A stretch of DNA of 64,000 bases, from the NCBI GenBank assembly GCA_963663165.1, contig OY760175.1:64001-128000 (forward strand), read 5' to 3'. The translations under genes were made by a program, and so were the position numbers. This DNA comes from an uncultured Desulfospira sp. (GTDB lineage Bacteria; Desulfobacterota; Desulfobacteria; Desulfobacterales; Desulfobacteraceae). Numbering within the stretch: the first letter of the stretch is position 1; every line of letters begins with the position of its first letter. The notes below the pieces were generated by a model. It was not told where the DNA came from, searched no databases, and was given only the letters and a program-made list of their open reading frames with translations. Below, piece by piece: positions 29,871 to 39,100 of the stretch.

Positions 29871-31529
29871 TTATTCCTCCTCACAACCCGGCAGGGGTTC
29901 CATTCTCAGGTCCTCGGTTCTCTTCTTCTCGCCCGGGAGAATCAGGGCATTGCCCACCAGTTCGTGGACACCGGCCACCTCGACCTCAGGTACCCAGTAT
30001 TCACACATGGTGGGAAGGGCGGCCCGGTCAATGGCGCAGATGGTGCCAAGGGTGTTGACGCCGAATTTCTCGTGGACATATTTGACGGCCGTGGCCCGGG
30101 GCAGGGCACCGGCCATTCTCAGCTCAATGTTTTCCCCGGCGTTCAGGCCGGCACCGGAACCGCAGCAGAAGGTCTGCTCACGGATGGTGTTGGGCGGCAT
30201 TTCATAGAACTGATCCACACAGGCCTTGATCACGTAACGGGGTTCTTCCAGGAGGCCCATGCCCCTTGCCGGGTTGCATGAATCATGGAAGGTCATGATC
30301 CGGTTGGCGTTCCGGCTCTTGTCCAGTTCAAGCTTGCCGTGTTTGATCAGGTCGGCCGTGAACTCGGTGATGTGAACCATTTTGGTGGATTTGGCGTTTT
30401 CGAATTTGGTCCCGGTAATGGGGTTGACCGGCTCTTCCAGGAAGTCGGCAGGGCCGTTCATGGTATCCATGTACTGGTTGATGACCCGCCACATGTGGCC
30501 GCACTCGCCGCCCAGGATCCATTTGACCCCCAGCCGTTTGGCTTCCATGTACATTTTGGCGTTGAGCCGCTTCATGGTCTCGTGGGAGGTGAAGAACCCA
30601 AAGTTCCCGCCTTCCGACGCATAGGTGGACCAGGTGACATCCAGACCGTATTTGTCCTTGAGATACTTGAACAGGATCAGGTATCCCTGGCAGGTGTAAG
30701 TGCCCGGATCGGCAAACACGTCGCCGGACGGGGTAACGAACAGGATGTCGGCCCCTTTTTTCTGGTAATTGGGGGCACAGTTCACGCCGGTGATTTCTTC
30801 AATGTCTTCTACAAAGAAATCCAGCATGTCCTTGAAGGCATGGGGCTGAATCCCCAGGTGGTTGCCGGTTTTATAACAGTTGGAAACCGGGGTGGCGATC
30901 CAGTCAATGTTCAACCCGAGAAGATTGAGCAGTTCCCGGCCCATGATGGTGATTTCAGCCGTGTCAATGCCGTAGGGACAGAAAACCGAACAGCGGCGGC
31001 ATTCCGTGCATTGAAAAAAGTAGTACCACCATTCCTTTAAGACATCCAGGGTCAGGGGGCGGGAGCCGTTAAGGCGCTTGCCGCCGGGGATATTTCTAAG
31101 GATTTTCCCGGCCGTGGTAAAATCGTTTCTGTAAACCGAGCGAAGCAGTTCAGCCCGCAGAACCGGCATGTTCTTGGGATCGCCGGTGCCAAGGAAAAAG
31201 TGGCATTTATCGGCACAGGCCCCGCACCGGACACAGATGTCCATGAAGACCTTGAAGGTCCTGAATTTTTCCAGGCGTTCCTTAATGCCGTTATGGAGAA
31301 TCTGCTGCCAGTCGTCCGGCAGTTTCCAGTCGTCTTCCAAGGGGTTCCACTCTCTGGCATTGGGAAGGCTTAAGGTTTGAACGCTCTCAGGTTTGGCTGC
31401 ATAGCAGTACATGCCCGGGCGGATCTGAACCGATTTGGTGGTGTCCAGCCAGTTGCCCGGCTCTGAAGCGGACCGGGGGCTGTAATCAATTTTGTCTAGT
31501 AATTCATCGGGTGTTAATTCGTCAGACAT
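29871..31529 (-). CDS. dsrK: DsrK, HdrD-like Fe-S/CCG protein
   Basis: CVRCGACADKC, CTECRRCSVFCP, GECGH, HDSC, CCGSG; start MSDEL at 31529. Confidence 0.95.
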   Translation of the reverse strand: MSDELTPDELLDKIDYSPRSASEPGNWLDTTKSVQIRPGMYCYAAKPESVQTLSLPNAREWNPLEDDWKLPDDWQQILHNGIKERLEKFRTFKVFMDICVRCGACADKCHFFLGTGDPKNMPVLRAELLRSVYRNDFTTAGKILRNIPGGKRLNGSRPLTLDVLKEWWYYFFQCTECRRCSVFCPYGIDTAEITIMGRELLNLLGLNIDWIATPVSNCYKTGNHLGIQPHAFKDMLDFFVEDIEEITGVNCAPNYQKKGADILFVTPSGDVFADPGTYTCQGYLILFKYLKDKYGLDVTWSTYASEGGNFGFFTSHETMKRLNAKMYMEAKRLGVKWILGGECGHMWRVINQYMDTMNGPADFLEEPVNPITGTKFENAKSTKMVHITEFTADLIKHGKLELDKSRNANRIMTFHDSCNPARGMGLLEEPRYVIKACVDQFYEMPPNTIREQTFCCGSGAGLNAGENIELRMAGALPRATAVKYVHEKFGVNTLGTICAIDRAALPTMCEYWVPEVEVAGVHELVGNALILPGEKKRTEDLRMEPLPGCEEE

Positions 31530-31533
31530 TAAG

Positions 31534-32541
31534 TTACTCCTTCTTATCCACAGGGAGGCCCGCTTCAATCATTTTTTCTCTGAAGTGATCCTCATACTGT
31601 TCATAGGTATGGACTGGCACGTCATAATTCCAGGGGTTCACATGTCTTACGGCCCGGGTGTTGCTTGTCATGTTCCGGGTCGGGCTCAAGAAGATGCCGC
31701 CCATGTGCATGAGCTTGCTTAAGGGGAAATAGGCAAACAGAATGGACACCAGGAAAATATGGGCATAAAACAGTCCGCCAACGCCTTCCGGGATGACGGG
31801 CGAAAAGGTTACAAGTCCCATGGTCAGGGTTTTAATGCCGATGATGTCAACTTTGGTAAAATACCGCATGGCAATGCCGGTCAGGGCGATGCCGATGATC
31901 AGGAACAAGGGGAAATAATCGGCTGCCTGGGAAATGTAGTTAACTTTTCTGTCAAAAATTCGCCTTGCCAGGAGAAACAGCGCGGCTGCCGGCAGGACAA
32001 CGCCGGACAGAAACAGCCCGGGAAGGCCCAGCTGGACAATTCCGTCAAAATATTCCAGCCACTGGAGACAGGCCGGAACCGGGGAGGTAAAAAATCTTAA
32101 ATGCCTGAGCAGAACCACTAAAAAGGCATAGTGGAAGGCCAGTGCCCCTACCCACAGAAAAATTTCCCAGGAATAGGTCAGCCTGTTGGAAGCATTCCGG
32201 TTGAACGCTGCTTTGGTGTTTCTAAACAAAGATCGGAAAACCAGAATTTCCAGAAGCATACGGACGAAAACACCGGCTGTGGTATCAGGGTTGTCAATGG
32301 CGTTCTGTTTAATCCAGGGTAATGATTTCTGCTGTCCGCAAGTCGTGGGAATCTTGAACGGAACGGCAGACGCTGCCCAGCCCATGACCTTTTTGACAAA
32401 GCCGGCCAGGAAGGCAATCACCGCCAGATAGGGAAATACAATCCCAAAGAACCATTGAAGCCCTGCTCCCTCAACCCCTGTATATGCTATCAGGAAAAGC
32501 AGAAAAACTGCGACAAGGGGGACCAAGTACTTTTGATTCAT
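31534..32541 (-). CDS. dsrM: DsrM, NarI-like cytochrome b membrane subunit
   Basis: PFKIPTTCGQQ, LAFHY, YFPLSKLMH; ATG 32541 after GAGGTGG. Confidence 0.95.
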   Translation of the reverse strand: MNQKYLVPLVAVFLLFLIAYTGVEGAGLQWFFGIVFPYLAVIAFLAGFVKKVMGWAASAVPFKIPTTCGQQKSLPWIKQNAIDNPDTTAGVFVRMLLEILVFRSLFRNTKAAFNRNASNRLTYSWEIFLWVGALAFHYAFLVVLLRHLRFFTSPVPACLQWLEYFDGIVQLGLPGLFLSGVVLPAAALFLLARRIFDRKVNYISQAADYFPLFLIIGIALTGIAMRYFTKVDIIGIKTLTMGLVTFSPVIPEGVGGLFYAHIFLVSILFAYFPLSKLMHMGGIFLSPTRNMTSNTRAVRHVNPWNYDVPVHTYEQYEDHFREKMIEAGLPVDKKE

Positions 32542-32595
32542 GATGTTAACCACCTCATTGTTACGCAGGACAAGCCTAAGATCTTGTCATGCACG

Positions 32596-33111
32596 TTAAA
32601 ATTTATAAGAGCCCAGGAGGTCTTCTTCCGATAGCTCCTCTACTAAACCTGCCCTTTCAAATGCCCTGTGAATCCGCCGCTTGCTCTCAGTGGCCTTTAA
32701 AAGGAAAATGTCTTCTTTGCACTTCAACAGTTTGTTAAAGCCCGCCAGGGCAATGTCGTCCACCATCCGGTCAAACTGCCGGAGCTGGTCAGAGGGGATA
32801 ATGGATTCTCCAATGGTCTTTAAGGCAAAAATAAAGCTGACGGCTTCTGCCGCGGAAAACGCCTGGACCGCACGGATCCGGATCAGGGGATCCAATGTCT
32901 TTTCAAGGATTTCCTGGTTATACCCCCCGGGTAAAAGGTCCAGAACGGCCTCCAGTGTTTCCCGGGTCACGGCACCGACGGGGTTGTCAAACCGGTCCAC
33001 ATTTTTTCCCAGGATTCGGGCGCTTTCTTTTGGATAAGTTTCAATGGTTGCCTTGAACCATTGTTTTAAAAATTCAGGCTTATTCTTTTTAACTGATTGT
33101 TTTACATTCAT
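32596..33111 (-). CDS. dsrT: DsrT (RsbRD-N domain protein)
   Basis: DRFDNPVG, LDPLIRIRAVQAF; immediately upstream of dsrM. Confidence 0.88.
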   Translation of the reverse strand: MNVKQSVKKNKPEFLKQWFKATIETYPKESARILGKNVDRFDNPVGAVTRETLEAVLDLLPGGYNQEILEKTLDPLIRIRAVQAFSAAEAVSFIFALKTIGESIIPSDQLRQFDRMVDDIALAGFNKLLKCKEDIFLLKATESKRRIHRAFERAGLVEELSEEDLLGSYKF

Positions 33112-33169
33112 TTTACAGAAACGGCAACGGGGCCGCAGTCCTTTTTGTCTATGAAATAATTTTTAGAAC

Positions 33170-33198
33170 GATATAAACTTACTTGGTTTTTATGTCAA
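33170..33198 (-). promoter_or_regulatory. Sigma70-type promoter of dsrTMKJOP
   Basis: TTGACA (33198-33193), 17 bp, TATATC (33175-33170). Confidence 0.5.
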
Positions 33199-33328
33199 CC
33201 CCGGCGGTGTATAAAAAGCAGATAACACCGGTGCATTCCTTTAGTTTTCGGTTTATTTTTAGACGCAAATAAGATACCTTACCCCAAATCTTATTTCAAA
33301 TTTAAAATCGGCAGGGAAAAGGGTGCTC

Positions 33329-33844
33329 ATGAGAAAAGTTCTTTTTGGTCAGGTATGTTGTCTGTTACTGGCGTCAACCGCGCTGGCAGGACCTTATGGG
33401 GTGTGCCTCGGGGTTGGTGCGGCCCACCATGATATTGATGTTTTCAGGGCAGGGGTTATACGGGAATTTTCACCCCGGTGGTTTGAAAGCCGGACCGGCT
33501 ACCTTTCCTGGTATGCTGAGCTGTCCTGCAATGCGTGGGCTCATGAGGGGGAGAAGGTTTACGGCATAGGGCTGTCTCCCGTGCTGGTTTATCATTTTGA
33601 AACCGGCAATCCGGCAATCCGGCCTTACATTGAAGCCGGAATCGGGGGGGCATATATAAATGATTACAGTATTAACAGCCAAAACCTTTCCTCGAATGTT
33701 TTGTTTGAAGACCGGATCGGTATAGGGGTCAGGATCCACAAATTTGATCTGAACCTGCGGTATATGCATTACTCAAACGCGGGCATTGAAAATCCCAACG
33801 ACGGACTTGATATATTTGTCGGTGCCCTTTCCTGGTATTTTTAG
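33329..33844 (+). CDS. pagL: Acyloxyacyl hydrolase / lipid A 3-O-deacylase (PagL family)
   Basis: Signal peptide, PYIEAGIG, FEDRIGIG, HYSNAGI..PN.G, terminal Phe. Confidence 0.85.
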   Translation: MRKVLFGQVCCLLLASTALAGPYGVCLGVGAAHHDIDVFRAGVIREFSPRWFESRTGYLSWYAELSCNAWAHEGEKVYGIGLSPVLVYHFETGNPAIRPYIEAGIGGAYINDYSINSQNLSSNVLFEDRIGIGVRIHKFDLNLRYMHYSNAGIENPNDGLDIFVGALSWYF

Positions 33845-34068
33845 CCGCGGGAGATATCCGCTTAAATTTTAAGGCTGTGGATGCCGCACCCAATGACATT
33901 TTGTGAAACAGGTTGTAGATTTCTGCTGATATGGTATACAATTTGCTGAACTATTCATAACGTCCGGTTTTAATAAGCCCGGATGATGAAAATGGGACTG
34001 TAACTGTATGAATTGATTCGGGGCCAAGTAAAGTTAATCGTAAAATAAAGTAAAAAAGGAGAAAGTGC

Positions 34069-34530
34069 ATGGAATTCAAATCTGTTGACGACATACTGGA
34101 ATTTGCCATCAACCGGGAAAAAGAAGCGGTTGAATTTTATACCTCCCTGGCCGCTGAGGCTACACGGGAAGCCCTTAAGGAAACTTTTGAATCCTTTGCC
34201 GGGGAAGAACAGAAACATGCGGACCTGCTGTCCGATATCTCGGGAAATAAGGCCAAAATTGATGCCTATGAATTCAAGCCGGTGACCAACCTTAAAATCA
34301 GCGACTACATGGTAGAGACCGAGTACAAACAGGGCATGCCCATGCCTGAAATTTTGAAAATTGCCATGAAAAGAGAGGAAAAGGCCGTTAAAATCTACAC
34401 CACCCTGGGAAACCAGACCGATAATGAAGATGCCAAAAAAGTTTTCAAAATACTGGTCCAGGAAGAGTCCAAGCATAAGCTGGCCTTAGAGACCATGTAT
34501 GATGATTATCTGGCCGACCAGGAAGGATAG
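34069..34530 (+). CDS. Ferritin-like / rubrerythrin-family di-iron protein
   Basis: Duplicated E...ExxH motifs (EEQKH, EESKH). Confidence 0.88.
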   Translation: MEFKSVDDILEFAINREKEAVEFYTSLAAEATREALKETFESFAGEEQKHADLLSDISGNKAKIDAYEFKPVTNLKISDYMVETEYKQGMPMPEILKIAMKREEKAVKIYTTLGNQTDNEDAKKVFKILVQEESKHKLALETMYDDYLADQEG

Positions 34531-34601
34531 CGGTTAAATCAACTTTTACCCGTCAGCTTTCGTTAAAAAAATCGGCAGTCCTTAATTCCCCTATGGGTAT
34601 T

Positions 34602-34639
34602 CCGGGCCAGTGATATTTTCATTGGCCCGGCATTTTTTT
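34602..34639 (+). terminator. Rho-independent terminator
   Basis: CCGGGCCAGTGA / TCATTGGCCCGG stem, then CATTTTTTT. Confidence 0.7.
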
Positions 34640-34653
34640 GAGACACCTGTCCC

Positions 34654-34677
34654 GATACAATCCGATCGGATTGTATC
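34654..34677. other. Perfect 24-bp palindrome
   Basis: GATACAATCCGATCGGATTGTATC is its own reverse complement. Confidence 0.85.
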
Positions 34678-34731
34678 ATTTCCCCCCTGTTTCGCTCCAG
34701 GGTAAGCGAATTTAGATAATAATAATTGAAT

Positions 34732-34791
34732 GGAGACCGGAGACCGGAATGCATATCCTTTAGGAATTTGCGATTTCCGGTCTCCGGCCCC
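34732..34791. repeat. GGAGACC-heptamer-built inverted repeat
   Basis: CCGGAGACCGGAA (34737-34749) pairs with TTCCGGTCTCCGG (34775-34787); the same heptamer recurs at ~35717-35746. Confidence 0.75.
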
Positions 34792-34855
34792 CTTTCTTCC
34801 GGGCTCCTTTTTTACATTGATTTTTGCACCCATCAAGGCCAAACTAAGGCGGAGC

Positions 34856-34904
34856 GCTAACCGCTAACAGCTATCAGCTAACCGCTAACAGCTAAAAGCT
34901 AACT
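34856..34904 (+). repeat. GCTAAnn heptamer tandem repeat (7 units)
   Basis: gctaacc gctaaca gctatca gctaacc gctaaca gctaaaa gctaact, before the xth RBS. Confidence 0.9.
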
Positions 34905-34924
34905 GCAAAACCAAAGGACTCACC

Positions 34925-35716
34925 ATGACACAGAAAAAGACATTAAAGCTCATATCCTGGAATGTGAACGGGCTACGGGCGGTTATGAAAAAGGACTTTC
35001 AAGAAAGTGTTTCCCGTCTTGATCCGGATGTCCTTATGATCCAGGAAACCAAGCTCCAGGAAGACCAGAGAACTGATGAGATGATCCATCTCGGGCCCTA
35101 CCAGTCCTTTTGGGCCTACTCAACGGTGAAAAAGGGGTATTCCGGGGTGGCCTCCTTTACAAGAGTGCCGCCGCTGGCCGTAAAAACCGAATTTTCCCGG
35201 CCGGAATTTGACGGCGAGGGCCGGATCATCCAGATGGACTTCGAGGATTTTATCCTGTTTAATATTTATTTCCCCAATGGCCAGATGAGTGACGAGCGCC
35301 TGGCGTATAAACTGGATTTTTATGATTTTTTTCTGGAATATGCCCGGCAGCTCAGAGCAGAAGGAAAAAGCCTGGTTATCACCGGGGACTTTAACACGGC
35401 CCACAATGAAATCGACCTGAAGAATCCCGGCCCCAACTCAGACCGGTCGGGGTTTTTGAGGATAGAGCGGGATGTTTTAGACAAAATGGTGAACCAGGGA
35501 TATGTGGATACCTTCCGCCATTTTTATCCGGATACAGTTAAATATTCGTGGTGGTCCTACCGGTTTAATGCCAGAAAAAACAATGCCGGGTGGCGGATTG
35601 ACTATTTTTTTGTTACTCAGGATCTGATAGAAAAGAAACGGGTGGTATCGGCTTTCATTGATAACGACATTTTCGGTTCAGACCATTGCCCGGTGGGAAT
35701 TGAGATAGAAGTATAG
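34925..35716 (+). CDS. xth: Exodeoxyribonuclease III
   Basis: SWNVNGLRA, QETK, GYSGV, GDFNTAH, GWRIDYF, GSDHCP. Confidence 0.95.
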   Translation: MTQKKTLKLISWNVNGLRAVMKKDFQESVSRLDPDVLMIQETKLQEDQRTDEMIHLGPYQSFWAYSTVKKGYSGVASFTRVPPLAVKTEFSRPEFDGEGRIIQMDFEDFILFNIYFPNGQMSDERLAYKLDFYDFFLEYARQLRAEGKSLVITGDFNTAHNEIDLKNPGPNSDRSGFLRIERDVLDKMVNQGYVDTFRHFYPDTVKYSWWSYRFNARKNNAGWRIDYFFVTQDLIEKKRVVSAFIDNDIFGSDHCPVGIEIEV

Positions 35717-35762
35717 GCAGACCGGAGGACGGAGACCGGAAGACCGATGCCTTAAGTTTTCG

Positions 35763-35804
35763 GCTAAAAGCTAACAGCTAAAGGCTAACAGCTAACAGCT
35801 AAAA
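35763..35804 (+). repeat. GCTAAnn heptamer tandem repeat (6 units)
   Basis: gctaaaa gctaaca gctaaag gctaaca gctaaca gctaaaa, ending 12 nt before the mglB ATG. Confidence 0.9.
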
Positions 35805-35816
35805 ATAAAGAACGCC

Positions 35817-36239
35817 ATGTTAAATAAAAATCAGTTAAACGCCATAGACCATGTCATTCAAACCCACCTGATTGCCGCCGGCATAGACCATGTAATTTAC
35901 ATGGACATGAGCGGCAACGCCATTGCCAAGCATGACAGCGGCCAAACCAAACTGGATTCCACGGCCTTTGCCGCCCTGGCGGCAGGCAACTTTGCCGCCG
36001 TGGATGCCATGGCCAAACTGGTGGGAGAATCTGAGTTTTCGCTGTTGTTTCACAAGGGTGAAAAATCAAGCATTCATTTTAGTAAAGTCTGCGACAACAC
36101 GCTTTTGATCTCCATGTTCAATAAAGATGTCTCTTTAGGAATGGTCCGGTTAAAGGTGGCTGAGGCCATCAAGGCCATGGAAAAGGTTCTGGCGGATCCC
36201 GACATGAAATGGGACGACTTGGATCATTCAGGGGCATAA
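35817..36239 (+). CDS. mglB: Roadblock/LC7 protein, MglB-type GAP
   Basis: AALAAGNFAA...AKLVGESEFSLLFHKGE..SIH, SLGMVRL. Confidence 0.9.
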   Translation: MLNKNQLNAIDHVIQTHLIAAGIDHVIYMDMSGNAIAKHDSGQTKLDSTAFAALAAGNFAAVDAMAKLVGESEFSLLFHKGEKSSIHFSKVCDNTLLISMFNKDVSLGMVRLKVAEAIKAMEKVLADPDMKWDDLDHSGA

Positions 36240-36257
36240 CGCCGTCAGGGGGCGGAT

Positions 36258-36863
36258 TTGACGCTTATCAATGTAAAAACCAGGGAAATTCAGATCAAGA
36301 TTGTTTACTACGGTCCGGGAAGGGGCGGCAAAACCACCAACCTCGAATATATTAACCGGACCTATCAAGATCAGATCAAAACCAAGATGGTCAGCCTGAA
36401 AACCCATGATGACCGGACCTTGTTTTTTGACTTTCTTCCCTTTGATATGGGAAAGATCAAAGGGTTTGATGTGACCATCCAGCTGTATACGGTCCCGGGC
36501 CAGGTCAAGTACAATGCCACCCGCCGCCTGGTGTTACGGGGGGTTGACGGCATTGTGTTTGTGGCCGATGTTCAAAAAGATCAGCGCAAAAAAAATATCG
36601 AGTCGTTAAACCAGCTTTATGAGAATCTTCAAACCTATTCCCTTGACCTGCTCAACATTCCCCTGGTCATGCAGTATAACAAGGTGGACCTAAAAAAGGC
36701 GGGGATTCCCATTTTGTCCTCCCAAATTCTGCAACGGGACCTGAACGGGGTGTTAAAGGTGCCGGCCTTTGAGGCCAGCGCCATTAACGGGGGAAATGTG
36801 ATCCCCACCCTTAAAAAAATTATATCCATTACCCTGGCATCTATCCAGGACCAGGTATTTTAA
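36258..36863 (+). CDS. mglA: Small Ras-like GTPase MglA
   Basis: KIVYYGPGRGGKTTNL, DRTLFFDF, LYTVPGQ, RRLVLRGVDG, YNKVDL; TTG start. Confidence 0.92.
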   Translation: MTLINVKTREIQIKIVYYGPGRGGKTTNLEYINRTYQDQIKTKMVSLKTHDDRTLFFDFLPFDMGKIKGFDVTIQLYTVPGQVKYNATRRLVLRGVDGIVFVADVQKDQRKKNIESLNQLYENLQTYSLDLLNIPLVMQYNKVDLKKAGIPILSSQILQRDLNGVLKVPAFEASAINGGNVIPTLKKIISITLASIQDQVF

Positions 36864-36873
36864 GGAGGTTGCT

Positions 36874-38616
36874 TTGGATCCCCTTGAAACAATACGGCAG
36901 CTTAAGTGCGCCATGGCGTCGGGTTATAAAGAAGAAGACACCCATGCCCTTCAACGCGCCCTTGATGACCTGAACGGCCGGGTTCAGGATACCCCTCCGG
37001 CAGCCAAGGTTCTTAAGATGATGCAGTCCATCGGCGCCTATCTGTCATCGAAAAAAGAGCGGGCGCATCCGGAGAGTATCCCGGTCCTGTTGGGGCTTTG
37101 CGACGGTTTTGAACGTCTGCTTTCACCGGAAAACCAGACGGGCAAAGCCGTTCAGGATATCCTTGCCCAAGCCCTTAAAACCTTCAAAGACTTAAAGGCC
37201 CAAATTGCGTCCCCGCCTTCCATGGGGAAAGAAGATATACAAGACCTCAAGGCCGCTGTTTTATCAGTGGACTGGGAGATTTCCGATACCACCCTGGCCC
37301 GGTTTGACCAGGTCATTCTCCAATTGTCAAAAAAGTTTGAGTCCAGCCGCCTTCATGCATCGTTCCTGAAGATCATGGGCAGCATGGGCACCTATATCGC
37401 CAAGAACAAGGCACAGTCCCACCCGGATTCCGTTACGCTGCTGCGATCCGTATTTCAGGATTATGAAGATATGGTCAGCCGGCCGGACATGGCCCCGGCA
37501 CAAAAAAAACAGCTGCTTGAAAAAAACATTGGCGCGTTCCAGGCCTTTAAAAATCAGATCCTTCAGCCGGGCAGGGGGCCTGCTCCCTCAACACAAGCAG
37601 ATGAGGACATGGCACCGGCCTTGTCCCATCTGAAAGGAACCACTTCAAAAAATCAGGATGCCCCGTTAAATACCCTTTCGGATCAGGATATGACCGAACC
37701 GCCGCCACCCTTGGGCCATGACCCTGCTGAGGCGGATTCCCAAGAAGCGTCAACGGTCATGGACGATCTGTTTTCCGCCAAGGAATCACCGGCAGATGAG
37801 CTGTTAGAGGCCATTCACCTGTCTGAACTCCACGGGAACGGTCCGGCAGGCGGCCCGGGATTTCCGGCACAAGAATCATCCCGGTCCCTGGAAGACGGGG
37901 TACAAAATTTTACCCCCCGCCGTCGGGATAATGACCCCATCCCTGAAATTGAAAGCCGGCTGGATGAATTTTTCAACTTAGAGCCCCCGGCAGCCGATCC
38001 GGATGAATCTGACCCGGCACCGGCTCTGTCAGGGATAGCGGACCGGGCTTTTGACCGTGAGGACATCAAGGCGGAATCTTCTTTGAACGTCCTTGAAGAA
38101 ACAGATGCGGTTTCACCCGGGGGCAGCGGGGAAGAGACCGATCCTGAGGCCGTGGTTCCCTTTCAATTTGAGGACGAGGTCTACGAGGACGAATCCGGCG
38201 GGGACAAGGCCGACCAGGATGAACCCGACCCGGGCGAACCCGACCAGGGCGAACCCTATGAGGAGGCATCTTATGGGGACGAGTCCTATGAAGAGAACCA
38301 GGATGAGGCCATTGATTCAAAATTGGTGTTCCAGAAGATTAAAACATGTATCAATGATCCGGAAAGCCTTTCAAGCCCATCGGTTCTCGATGCCTTTGAA
38401 ACGGATGTTCAGCGGTTTAAAGGGTACCGGGAAAATGATCCTGAAATGGGGGCGCTCCTGGATATGCTCACCCGGCTGGCCCGGTCGGTCCACCATCTTA
38501 ACGCTGACCGGATGGCATCACAATTTTCAGATCAGGATGCAACAGGGGATAAGGCAAAGAAGCCATCCCGGCCCTCTGGCTTTTGGGCCAAAATAGGCGC
38601 CATATTCAGAAGGTAA
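36874..38616 (+). CDS. Hypothetical protein: duplicated helical domain, acidic disordered linker, amphipathic C-terminus
   Basis: Internal repeat (LKMMQSIGAYL..KKERAHPESI vs LKIMGSMGTYI..NKAQSHPDSV), D/E/P-rich middle, ends GFWAKIGAIFRR; AGGAGG RBS + TTG. Confidence 0.8.
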   Translation: MDPLETIRQLKCAMASGYKEEDTHALQRALDDLNGRVQDTPPAAKVLKMMQSIGAYLSSKKERAHPESIPVLLGLCDGFERLLSPENQTGKAVQDILAQALKTFKDLKAQIASPPSMGKEDIQDLKAAVLSVDWEISDTTLARFDQVILQLSKKFESSRLHASFLKIMGSMGTYIAKNKAQSHPDSVTLLRSVFQDYEDMVSRPDMAPAQKKQLLEKNIGAFQAFKNQILQPGRGPAPSTQADEDMAPALSHLKGTTSKNQDAPLNTLSDQDMTEPPPPLGHDPAEADSQEASTVMDDLFSAKESPADELLEAIHLSELHGNGPAGGPGFPAQESSRSLEDGVQNFTPRRRDNDPIPEIESRLDEFFNLEPPAADPDESDPAPALSGIADRAFDREDIKAESSLNVLEETDAVSPGGSGEETDPEAVVPFQFEDEVYEDESGGDKADQDEPDPGEPDQGEPYEEASYGDESYEENQDEAIDSKLVFQKIKTCINDPESLSSPSVLDAFETDVQRFKGYRENDPEMGALLDMLTRLARSVHHLNADRMASQFSDQDATGDKAKKPSRPSGFWAKIGAIFRR

Positions 38617-38617
38617 G

Positions 38618-39100
38618 ATGATTTTCTTCTGCGAAGACTGCGGGGGGAAAAATGATCTGCCCCCCTGGATTTCTCAAAACGGGAAAGTGGTGTTCCAATG
38701 CCGCGCCTGCGGCTACAACAATTCCTATGCAGCCCCTTCCCCGGTGCTGTCCATCGAAAAACAACTCAAACAGCTTTCGGAAAAAATCAGGTCTTTTACC
38801 GAAATCATGGGGCTGTTTTTCTATGATTCGATCCTTGGCGTTCTTGAAAACCGGGTGCCGGTTTTAACGCCCAGAGACCTGCTGACCTTGGGCCGGACCT
38901 TTTCCCGGCAATACCAGGAGGGACTGGCCGTTTATTCCGACCTTGAGGGGATGCTCACCGTTATTTCTGACAAGCATTTTGCCGTCTTTCGCCTGGCGGA
39001 CAGCCTGTTTTTGATTCTTGTTTGCCAGACCGTATTCTTGCCTGATGAGGTGAAAACCCTGGTAAAACGGGCAGGCGACTGGGGCTTTTGGGAACAGTGA
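38618..39100 (+). CDS. Zn-ribbon + probable roadblock-like domain protein
   Basis: CEDC...CRAC; C-terminal alpha-beta-beta-alpha-beta-beta-beta pattern resembling roadblock/longin. Confidence 0.6.
   Translation: MIFFCEDCGGKNDLPPWISQNGKVVFQCRACGYNNSYAAPSPVLSIEKQLKQLSEKIRSFTEIMGLFFYDSILGVLENRVPVLTPRDLLTLGRTFSRQYQEGLAVYSDLEGMLTVISDKHFAVFRLADSLFLILVCQTVFLPDEVKTLVKRAGDWGFWEQ

Noticed and set aside
25408..31040. Long antisense ORFs (e.g. 25408-26433, 30285-31040; also 14605-15393, 16571-17509, 59503-60321)
   Set aside because: Shadow frames opposite well-supported genes, explained by codon bias; no motifs or RBS
27480..33111. dsrTMKJOP as a novel system
   Set aside because: Well-characterised, canonical order, intact; dsrAB being elsewhere is normal
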